From contig JAZUQA010000012.1 in the NCBI GenBank assembly GCA_045605425.1, forward strand, positions 246 to 64,245: 64,000 bases of DNA, given 5' to 3'. The notes beneath the pieces are model-generated. The model saw only the letters and a list, made by a program, of their open reading frames with translations, was not told where the DNA came from and did not search any database. The first letter of the stretch is position 1. The number at the start of each line of letters is the position of its first letter. The translations under genes were made by a program, and so were the position numbers. Of this stretch, positions 37,176 to 43,694 are shown piece by piece. Source of the DNA: Acutalibacteraceae bacterium (GTDB lineage: Bacteria; Bacillota; Clostridia; Oscillospirales; Acutalibacteraceae).

Positions 37176-37225
37176 AAAAATATTTAAATCAAAAAGGAAC
37201 GGCAATAAAACCGTTCCCTTTTCTT

Positions 37226-37813
37226 TTATGTCTCCAAAATAGAAAGATATTTATAAACCGTGTTTCGGCTCAGACCGCAGACCCTTGCGAACTCTGAAAG
37301 ATTCAGATTACCCGATTTGAAAGACGGATAATGTCTGTAAAACACTTGCGGAATCTGCTCTAATGTTGTGTGCGGTCGCCCGATTTTCGCTCCCTTCGCC
37401 GCCGCATTCCGCATCCCTGAACGCACTCTTTCACGGATGATTCTGAGTTCGAGTTCCGCAAACACTCCCGACATCTGAATGAACGCATTTGTCATGGGGT
37501 CAATCTGACCGTTTGAACAATCTACCGTAATACTGCCGACAATAACAAGTCTGAGTTTCTTTTCCTTTACGGTGTCAATAATTTCGCACAGTTGTTTTGT
37601 GCTTCGGGCAAGTCTTGAAACTTCGAGTGTGTATATTGAATCACCCTCTTTCGCCTGTGCCAAGAGTGATGAAAGTTCCTGTTTTACGGCACTGTCGCCG
37701 TGTTCGTATTCAAGGAATATTTCCGTTGCTCCTGCGGTTTTAAGTTCCCTGATTTGGCGGTCGATATCCTGTTTGTTTTCGTTGGTACTGCATCGAGCAT
37801 ATCCGTAGTTCAT
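37226..37813 (-). CDS. Small serine recombinase (resolvase/invertase family)
   Basis: 195 aa. Catalytic N-terminus MNYGYARCSTNENKQDIDRQ, SRLARS motif, C-terminal HTH (SEFARVCGLSRNTVYKYL). Confidence 0.9.
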   Translation of the reverse strand: MNYGYARCSTNENKQDIDRQIRELKTAGATEIFLEYEHGDSAVKQELSSLLAQAKEGDSIYTLEVSRLARSTKQLCEIIDTVKEKKLRLVIVGSITVDCSNGQIDPMTNAFIQMSGVFAELELRIIRERVRSGMRNAAAKGAKIGRPHTTLEQIPQVFYRHYPSFKSGNLNLSEFARVCGLSRNTVYKYLSILET

Positions 37814-37861
37814 GATTTATCCTTTCACCGCCCCACTTTTGCGTGGGGCGGATTGTTTTGT

Positions 37862-38137
37862 TTAGCAGATTGAGAAGCGGCGGCTGCTGACTTGCTTTGT
37901 AAATTCCTTATACATATCGCCGTGAGCCTTTTTGAAGGATGTTGTATCAAATCTCTGTGAGAGAACCGATGTCCAACGGATGATGTATGCTCCTGCTTCA
38001 AGTTCCTCTGTGTTTTGATTGAGCATTTCGGCTTTCAGTGCGTCTCTTATTGCCTCGGCTTCTGCCTTTGCATCCTCAATGATTGTTTCCCACTCTGTGA
38101 GTGCCTCAATTTTTTTGATGATTTCATTGCTTGACAT
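37862..38137 (-). CDS. Hypothetical small coiled-coil protein
   Basis: 91 aa ORF upstream of, and co-oriented with, the recombinase gene. Followed by the hairpin ccgccccac/gtggggcgg (37829..37851). Confidence 0.5.
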   Translation of the reverse strand: MSSNEIIKKIEALTEWETIIEDAKAEAEAIRDALKAEMLNQNTEELEAGAYIIRWTSVLSQRFDTTSFKKAHGDMYKEFTKQVSSRRFSIC

Positions 38138-38191
38138 AGTTGTTATCTCCTTTGTTTTTTATTTGTTTGTTGTGTATCAACTGTCTTTATT

Positions 38192-38295
38192 ATACACAAA
38201 GTTCAGTGCATAGTCAATCGGCAATATGCACAAAGTTAAGTGCATAGAATTGGAGAAATTATACACTTGACTTTGTGTATATTGTTTGATATAAT
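38192..38295. promoter_or_regulatory. Divergent promoter/operator region: two 22-bp direct repeats, a palindrome and a consensus promoter for the XRE gene
   Basis: ATACACAAAGTTCAGTGCATAG (38192..38213) and ATGCACAAAGTTAAGTGCATAG (38226..38247), 20/22 identical. Palindrome tatacac..gtgtata overlaps TTGACT (38267..38272). 17-nt spacer, then TATAAT (38290..38295). Confidence 0.6.
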
Positions 38296-38324
38296 GATTA
38301 CAATGGAAAAGGGGGCTTTTAAAT

Positions 38325-38543
38325 ATGCCAATAGTATATGATAAATTATTTCAACTTTTGAAAGACAAAGGTTATACCACATACAAAATCCGACAGGAGA
38401 AGATAATAGGTCAGGGAACGCTGACCGCATTAAAAAATGGAACAGGCGGCTTAGACCACAAAACGCTTGCTCGACTTTGTGAAAAGTTTGATTGTCAGCC
38501 TGCCGACCTCATGGAGTATGTGAAAGACCCCGATGCTCAATAA
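38325..38543 (+). CDS. XRE/Cro-CI family HTH transcriptional regulator
   Basis: 72 aa. YKIRQEKIIGQGTLTALKNG ... TLARLCEKFDCQPADLMEY is typical of short HTH_26-type regulators. Confidence 0.85.
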   Translation: MPIVYDKLFQLLKDKGYTTYKIRQEKIIGQGTLTALKNGTGGLDHKTLARLCEKFDCQPADLMEYVKDPDAQ

Positions 38544-38821
38544 AGGGGGAAAATTGATTCTTGAACAAATAACGGTATTTTTTGAGCGGATTACCCTCGA
38601 TTTTTACTGAGCCAAAAGTGTCAAGGAAAAGAGTTGGTTTCTTGAACGGATAGACGGGGGCAATATTTCGGGAGAATCGAAAACTTTTTCACCGTTTGCG
38701 GAATTGCGTGGTTCGTTCTCCGTCTGAATGTGTTTTTTATTTTGGATTACGGTTTGAGCCGACCGCAAATGATAGAATTATTCTTTCACCGTAAAACGAG
38801 CCAAAAGGAACATAAACGAAA

Positions 38822-38864
38822 AATACGGCAAACCTTGAGATTGTCTCTCTTGGTTTGCCGTATT
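38822..38864. terminator. Bidirectional hairpin between the XRE gene and the end of the minus-strand operon
   Basis: Perfect 13-bp stem aatacggcaaacc / ggtttgccgtatt with a 17-nt loop. Confidence 0.55.
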
Positions 38865-38865
38865 G

Positions 38866-39000
38866 TCATTTGAAATCCTTAAAGATTTCGTCAAGAGCCA
38901 TATCGAGTGCGGTTTTCATGCTCTTTTGCATAAAGGCAAGAATTTCCGCCTCGATTATGTTTTTCTTTTTCTTCTTCTTTTTGTCTTTTGGATTCGACAC
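38866..39000 (-). CDS. Small lysine-rich hypothetical protein (44 aa)
   Basis: Own translation: GTG start 8 nt after AGGTGA, VSNPKDKKKKKKKNIIEAEILAFMQKSMKTALDMALDEIFKDFK, TGA stop. Last ORF of the operon. Confidence 0.4.
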   Translation of the reverse strand: MSNPKDKKKKKKKNIIEAEILAFMQKSMKTALDMALDEIFKDFK

Positions 39001-39002
39001 CG

Positions 39003-39188
39003 TTATTTCACCTCACTTGTAAAGATGAATTGAACAGTCTCAGGTTCTTCCGAATCCTGTAATGAGTTGTAGAAATTATCTCTCTGTTCTCTATAGTTTT
39101 CTATTGCAGATTTGCCGTTCATTTGATAATAAAACAAATCAGGAACTTTGCCCTATGCTCTGTTAAACTCCAATAAATCTTTATTCAT
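39003..39188 (-). CDS. Small hypothetical protein (61 codons) containing one in-frame TAG (comp 39153..39155)
   Basis: Own translation: GGAGA RBS, MNKDLLEFNRA[TAG]GKVPDLFYYQMNGKSAIENYREQRDNFYNSLQDSEEPETVQFIFTSEVK, TAA stop. The ATG overlaps the TGA of the TAG-read-through GIY-YIG ORF (ATGA). Confidence 0.45.
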
Positions 39189-39622
39189 ATATATTCTCCT
39201 TCCATAATATCATCAAGGGATATATTCAATGCACCCCTGTTGACCGTATAACTTCTCCAATTTTCCTCTTTTGGAATCTGAGTGTTCAGCGGCGGCTAAT
39301 ACAGGCGGATGAAATATCCTTCTCTTTCTCCGATTTCTTCTTCGATTTCTGCTCTTGTTTTGCTCTTGGCGGTATAAAGAACGTTGAATCTGACGTTATA
39401 TTTCCGCCTGTGGGCTTCCGCAAGAACTTTGTATTTGTTCTCTTTCGGATTTCCCATTGAAGCCCAATGTTCCGCCATTCGGTATAGAATATCTTTGCTT
39501 TTACCGATATAAACGATTTTATTGTTGACGGTTATTGAATAAACCCCCGAACACTAAAACTTTTTACTCCATTCTTGCTCTATGTATTTGTTGTATATGT
39601 TCTGTATGTGTAAATTACTCAT
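39185..39622 (-). CDS. GIY-YIG nuclease-domain protein with two in-frame TAG codons (comp 39554..39556 and 39296..39298); recoded/suppression-dependent, or a pseudogene
   Basis: Own translation after the AAGGAAGGAGA RBS: MSNLHIQNIYNKYIEQEWSKKF[TAG]CSGVYSITVNNKIVYIGKSKDILYRMAEHW...EREGYFIRLY[TAG]PPLNTQIPKEENW...GEYI, TGA stop. The GIY (GVYSI) and YIG (VYIGKS) motifs have no canonical start codon after the first TAG. The conserved E..I..Y.P.LN motif spans the second TAG. Confidence 0.6.
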
Positions 39623-39637
39623 ATTCATTCTCCTTCC

Positions 39638-40120
39638 TTAAAATACAAAATTACCGTATTCGTCTGTTGAACACTCTCTTACTTTTGGATTCTTTATATT
39701 GTTATAATTTATATTATTCGAGCTTATAATTTTCTCTATATTATTATGCGTATTTTCAATAACCCCTGCTGAGGTGTATTCAGAATTTGAAGGGGTATAT
39801 TCATTGTCGGGGGAAGGGGTATTTTCAATATCCCTCTCCGCACTTTTGTAAATCGCATCATAATCCACTATGATTTCGCCTTGCTGACCGTTTACACTTG
39901 GCTTATGTATTATCCAACCTTTTTCAATTAATGCTTTTCTTGCACTCTTATATGTTGTTTCCGTCATTCCGCAACGGTTCATAACTGTTGCCTCAGGAAC
40001 GGCAAAACTGCCGTTATCTGCATTTCCTGTCAGAAATAATATCAGTTTCAACTAAGCTCCTTCTTTGCCTGTCAGACCGTTAAATATTATTGATTCAAGG
40101 TGATTCGTTCTCATTGCCAT
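39638..40120 (-). CDS. Winged-HTH replication-initiator-like protein with one in-frame TAG (comp 40052..40054)
   Basis: Own translation: MAMRTNHLESIIFNGLTGKEGA[TAG]LKLILFLTGNADNGSFAVPEATVMNRCGMTETTYKSARKALIEKGWI... A standard-code alternative exists (TTG start at 40051 with AAGGAG upstream). The frame is also open further upstream to the ATG near 40189. Confidence 0.55.
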
Positions 40121-40151
40121 TCCCCACTTTTTATCCCTGTTTTTTTCTCCA

Positions 40152-40331
40152 TTAGCCCTCAGTATCGGTGCCTGAATAAAAACGCCCATAACCGCAAATC
40201 CTCCACTGTTCGCAAATAAATCTGATATACTGACTTGTATTCATGTGATATTTTCTTGCCTACTCTTGGATTGCTTCCTTTTCTTTTTCAGTCAGGCGAA
40301 GGTCAATTTTTTTATCTTTTTTTGGACTCAT
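40152..40331 (-). CDS. Ribbon-helix-helix (MobC/CopG-like) protein with one in-frame TAG (comp 40260..40262)
   Basis: Own translation after the AAAGGAGAG RBS: MSPKKDKKIDLRLTEKEKEAIQE[TAG]ARKYHMNTSQYIRFICEQWRICGYGRFYSGTDTEG, TAA stop. The RHH pattern (basic tail, RLT.E.K..I...A.....S.YIR) runs across the TAG. Confidence 0.6.
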
Positions 40332-40401
40332 ATTATCTCTCCTTTTACTTGTAAATTTTCTTTGAAATGAATTATCAGACATTGTCCTACCTTCTAAATA
40401 T

Positions 40402-40430
40402 ATTATACAAAAATTTTTTGTTAAAATCAA
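40402..40430 (-). promoter_or_regulatory. Putative sigma-70 promoter of the TAG-containing operon
   Basis: On the minus strand: TTGATT (comp 40425..40430), 17-nt spacer, TATAAT (comp 40402..40407). Confidence 0.55.
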
Positions 40431-40446
40431 AAAAGAGCGGTCGCCG

Positions 40447-40486
40447 CAAACAAAAGCACCGCTGAACTCGATTGAATTCAGCGGTG
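40447..40486 (-). terminator. Intrinsic terminator after the paralog-pair operon
   Basis: Minus-strand hairpin caccgctgaa / ttcagcggtg (40457..40486) followed by cttttgtttg. Confidence 0.6.
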
Positions 40487-40521
40487 GACTTGCTTTATTA
40501 AAATACATGGAGTTGTTCCTT

Positions 40522-41043
40522 TCAGGCAGCAGGGTCAACTATTTCATTTTCTTCAGTTGCGTTAACGTTTTCTGCAACTGCGTTATCGATTTTTATAACT
40601 GCGTTATCTTTTTCCTCTTGGACTTCATCAGAATTTTTGTCAACAGTCGGCATACCATAATTTACGATTTCAGGATATTTCTTCAAAAACCAATTTTTAA
40701 TTTCAGGATAACGGTATGCTTTTGAATGACATTCACTGATAAAAAGTTTATCATCAAGTTCTTTAAGAACGGCATCTCTTGTTTCAACAGGCTCAAACCT
40801 TTTGATATATTCTTTCATATAATCATAAGTTAATCCTTTATAGTGTTCCTGATTGCTGTTAGTGTTTATATCTTCACGGATAACCACCTCAAAATTCGGA
40901 AAACTCTTTACATACTCGACAAGCATTTTGTATTCCTTGTTTTTTGGGTTTTTTGCCTTTTCCGCAAACCATTTATAAAGAATGATTTGCTTGTTTGCGT
41001 AATCAATTCTTGCAGGGTTTATTCTTTTTCTTGACTTAGCCAT
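40522..41043 (-). CDS. Hypothetical protein, paralog B of the upstream gene
   Basis: ORF 40522..41052. The ATG at comp 41041..41043 is 8 nt after AAGGAAGG. Shares the YKGLTYDYMKEYI and IKNWFLKKYPEI motifs with paralog A. Confidence 0.6.
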   Translation of the reverse strand: MAKSRKRINPARIDYANKQIILYKWFAEKAKNPKNKEYKMLVEYVKSFPNFEVVIREDINTNSNQEHYKGLTYDYMKEYIKRFEPVETRDAVLKELDDKLFISECHSKAYRYPEIKNWFLKKYPEIVNYGMPTVDKNSDEVQEEKDNAVIKIDNAVAENVNATEENEIVDPAA

Positions 41044-41065
41044 GATATTCACCTTCCTTTCTTAA

Positions 41066-41512
41066 TTAAGCCACAACTCTAAGCTTGGCTTTCTTTTCTT
41101 CACGAGCCTTTGCTCTCTTGGTTTTGATTTCCTTAAGTGTCTTGTCAGTATCATTGTTGAATTCTTCGATTTCAGGATATGTCGCCAAGAACCACATTTT
41201 AATGTCACCATAAGAGTATTCTTTGATAGTAACATCTCTTTCACCTTTTTCATTAAGACCCCTGAGCTTATAGAACATTTTCAGGTTTTCTTCCTTATTT
41301 TCATGAGCTTCGATGTATCGCTTCATGTAATCATAACCAAGACCTTTGTATGTGTCTCTCTTGGTTGAGTTTGCTTTTACAACAATTTCATAACCTGTGA
41401 ATATTGTGCGGAACTTTACAAGTTCTTCAAACTTTTCACTTCCGAACTTTCCTGCTTCCTTTGATTCCGCCTTTGTCATTACAATAACTTTCTTTTCGTG
41501 ATTTGCATACAT
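41066..41512 (-). CDS. Hypothetical protein, paralog A
   Basis: 148 aa. Motifs YKGLGYDYMKRYI and IKMWFLATYPEI, with a basic C-terminal tail. Confidence 0.6.
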   Translation of the reverse strand: MYANHEKKVIVMTKAESKEAGKFGSEKFEELVKFRTIFTGYEIVVKANSTKRDTYKGLGYDYMKRYIEAHENKEENLKMFYKLRGLNEKGERDVTIKEYSYGDIKMWFLATYPEIEEFNNDTDKTLKEIKTKRAKAREEKKAKLRVVA

Positions 41513-41999
41513 AATTTTTCTCCTTAATAATAGGCGTTAGGTCGCCACCCTATTTTTATTATTCAGCGGTAAGTCGCTACCTTATTTCAGCACTTCAGGT
41601 TTCACCGTTTGCCTCTTGGTTTCATTCACTCCTTTCAGGCGATTTGTTTTGGTGTGTTCCCCTCTGCTGTGACTACAGTATATCACGCAATCTGAATTTA
41701 TCAGTCGTTATAAATGCAAAAAAACAAGAACGACACAAAGCTTTTCAAAAAAGTTGTATCTTTCTTCTTAAATAGTTGTTATTAGGTTGTTATAAAGGCT
41801 CATAAATGTTGTTAAAAACTTATTACATACCTGTTGATTTTATAATATAATTGTTTTATACTATTATTGATTTAGAGATGAGGTCTGAGTTAGTATGAAA
41901 CAAGACCTCTACATAATTAAAAATCCTAAAACTTGTTTGGTGTCAAGGGGTTGTTGGGGGTATCGTCTCCAAAACAAGACCGAGAATCGGTCTTGTGTG

Positions 42000-42045
42000 C
42001 TTGGTAAGGATGAGGTCGGCAGTTCGAGTCTGCCTAGCAGCTCCA
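42000..42045 (+). repeat. attR (46-bp copy of the tRNA-Thr 3' end)
   Basis: Identical to 33803..33848. Followed by the hairpin aaatcccgtttgc/gcaaatgggattttt, which I read as the original tRNA terminator. Confidence 0.9.
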
Positions 42046-42141
42046 GAAATCCCGTTTGCATTAAGCAAATGGGATTTTTTCAATAAAAAGCAAAATTAGA
42101 GCTTGTCGGGGTCTTTATCAATGTAAAATTGATTATCGACC

Positions 42142-42310
42142 GTAGGGAGCGACGCCCTCGTCGCTCCGTGGTAAATATTATATCAATCTTATGACGAGCT
42201 GTAGGGGCGACCTTTGGTCGTCCGCAACAAAAGCGATGTGACAATATGCATTACCATAAGGTGGATATATCAACAACCTTTTTCGGAGCGACGGGGGCGT
42301 CGCTCCCTAC
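42142..42310. repeat. 169-bp GC-rich hairpin element with perfect 13-bp terminal inverted repeats
   Basis: GTAGGGAGCGACG (42142..42154) and CGTCGCTCCCTAC (42298..42310). Each end also forms a local hairpin, ggagcgacg-N3/4-cgtcgctcc. A third related hairpin, ggcgacctttggtcgtcc, lies in the middle. Confidence 0.6.
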
Positions 42311-42342
42311 TCTTTAAAAATAACACGAAAGGAATAAGCATT

Positions 42343-42849
42343 ATGGTTTTTCCCGAAAAAAGCAAGAGGGTTTCCAAGATTGACACTTACCTTAACTGTG
42401 CGGAGGTTTTTGCCTACAGAAGCACCTGCCTCAAGCGCAAATACGGTGCGGTTATAGTCAAGGACGACGTGGTTATTTCCACGGGCTACAACGGCTCGCC
42501 CAGAGGCTTTGAAAACTGCTGTGAAATCGGTCACTGTCCCCGTATGGCGCAGGATATGCACCAGGGTGAGGGCTACGGAATCTGCCGTGCCGTACACGCC
42601 GAGATGAATGCCCTGCTCAACTGTTCACGCCAGCAGACACTCGGTGCGGATTTGTACCTTGTCGGTGTCAATCCTTCGGACAACACTATCCACAAGGCAA
42701 AGCCCTGCCCTGTATGTGCAAGGAATATCATTCAGGCAGGCATACGAAATGTTTACCTGCGTGTGGGTGAGGGTGAGGACGAATATATTGTAGTGCCTGC
42801 CGACGAGCTGAAATGGCTGCAGGAAACTGTGGATAATAAAAAAGCATAA
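42343..42849 (+). CDS. Deoxycytidylate (dCMP) deaminase, ComEB family
   Basis: ORF 42214..42849. The likely start is MVFPEKSK (ATG 42343) after GAAAGGAA. Zinc motifs HAEMNAL and PCPVCA. Confidence 0.85.
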   Translation: MVFPEKSKRVSKIDTYLNCAEVFAYRSTCLKRKYGAVIVKDDVVISTGYNGSPRGFENCCEIGHCPRMAQDMHQGEGYGICRAVHAEMNALLNCSRQQTLGADLYLVGVNPSDNTIHKAKPCPVCARNIIQAGIRNVYLRVGEGEDEYIVVPADELKWLQETVDNKKA

Positions 42850-42914
42850 ATATTATTTATAATATTATACAGAAAAAAGTATGCTGGTTTTTGCTCGATT
42901 TGTGCAATAATTAC

Positions 42915-42943
42915 TTGATAAATCGGTATTATTTATGTATAAT
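42915..42943 (+). promoter_or_regulatory. Putative sigma-70 promoter of the NifU-like/GGGtGRT operon
   Basis: TTGATA (42915..42920), 17-nt spacer, TATAAT (42938..42943). Confidence 0.5.
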
Positions 42944-42984
42944 ACATTGTGAGATTAAATGGCTCAGAAAGGAGACTAATAAAA

Positions 42985-43677
42985 ATGAACTATTCACATG
43001 AAGTAGAAAAAATGTGTGTCGTTGCCAAGGGTCCCCACCACGGTCCTGCTCCCATCCCTGAAGAGGGCAAGTGGGTTAAGGCATACGAAATCAAGGACAT
43101 TTCCGGCTTCTCACACGGTGTGGGCTGGTGTGCTCCCCAGCAGGGTACCTGCAAAATTTCTCTTAACATCAAGGAAGGCATCGTAGAGGAGGCACTTGTT
43201 GAGACTATCGGCTGCTCCGGTATGACTCACTCCGCAGCTATGGCTGCCGAGATTCTTCCCGGTAAGACACTTCTTGAGTGCCTTAACACAGACCTTGTTT
43301 GTGACGCTATCAACGTTGCAATGCGTGAAATCTTCCTTCAGCTCGTTTACGGCAGAACTCAGTCCGCTTTCTCCGAGGACGGTCTTCTTGTCGGTGCAGG
43401 TCTTGAGGACCTCGGCAAGGGCCTTCGTTCACAGGTCGGTACAATGTTCTCCACAAAGGCTAAGGGCGTTCGTTACCTCGAAATGGCTGAGGGCTACGTA
43501 ACACGTATGGCTCTCGACGCTAACGACCAGGTTATCGGCTACGAGTTCGTTAAGCTCGGCAAGATGCTTGAGGATATCCGCCACGGCGTTTCTCCTGACG
43601 AAGCATACAAGAACAATATGGGCAGCTACGGCAGATTCGCAGACGCTGCAAAATACATCGACCCCAGAGAAGAATAA
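42985..43677 (+). CDS. NifU/IscU-N-terminal-like protein (partner of the GGGtGRT protein)
   Basis: Start MNYSHEVEK after GAAAGGAG. ETIGCSGMTHSAAMAAEILPGKTLLE resembles the IscU scaffold core. Confidence 0.55.
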   Translation: MNYSHEVEKMCVVAKGPHHGPAPIPEEGKWVKAYEIKDISGFSHGVGWCAPQQGTCKISLNIKEGIVEEALVETIGCSGMTHSAAMAAEILPGKTLLECLNTDLVCDAINVAMREIFLQLVYGRTQSAFSEDGLLVGAGLEDLGKGLRSQVGTMFSTKAKGVRYLEMAEGYVTRMALDANDQVIGYEFVKLGKMLEDIRHGVSPDEAYKNNMGSYGRFADAAKYIDPREE

Positions 43678-43694
43678 GAAGGAGGTAGAATACA

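Larger units (their letters stand above)
33803..42045. mobile_element. About 8.2 kb integrative element (IME / phage-satellite-like) inserted in the 3' end of tRNA-Thr
   Basis: Perfect 46-bp direct repeat (attL 33803..33848, attR 42000..42045). Tyrosine integrase next to attL, plus WYL and XRE regulators, a serine recombinase and a replication/mobilisation-like module. Visibly AT-rich relative to its flanks. Confidence 0.85.

Noticed and set aside
38560-38800. 66-codon plus-strand frame with one TAG (VSRKRVGFLNG-TAG-TGAIFREN...)
   Set aside because: It has no RBS, an arginine-rich implausible composition, and no motif. It is treated as non-coding.
39153-40262. Pyrrolysine as the explanation for the in-frame TAGs
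   Set aside because: The TAGs occur in small RHH, HTH and GIY-YIG genes, not in methylamine methyltransferases. There are five in 1.1 kb. No pyl genes or PYLIS-like context are visible in the window. This cannot be excluded genome-wide, but it is unlikely.
39003-40331. Simple pseudogenisation of the element module
   Set aside because: Not fully excluded, but disfavoured. All five lesions are TAG, with no TAA/TGA stops and no frameshifts. RBSs, overlaps (ATGA) and motifs remain intact on both sides of each TAG. For the wHTH gene alone, a standard-code TTG start at 40051 is a legitimate alternative.
40332-40538. N-terminal part of track ORF 40260..40538 (MTLLPERNNS...)
   Set aside because: This stretch contains the terminator of the upstream operon and a consensus promoter. 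The real RHH gene starts at the ATG at 40331, which has a strong RBS.
41941-42045. Possible hybrid or suppressor tRNA formed by element sequence plus the attR tRNA half
   Set aside because: The sequence 5' of attR has no strand complementary to the acceptor 3' strand (TAGCAGC) or to the anticodon stem (GGATG). No cloverleaf can be drawn.
41895-42086. 63 aa ORF spanning attR
   Set aside because: It crosses the tRNA-derived repeat and a terminator hairpin and has no RBS. It is an artefact of the att site.
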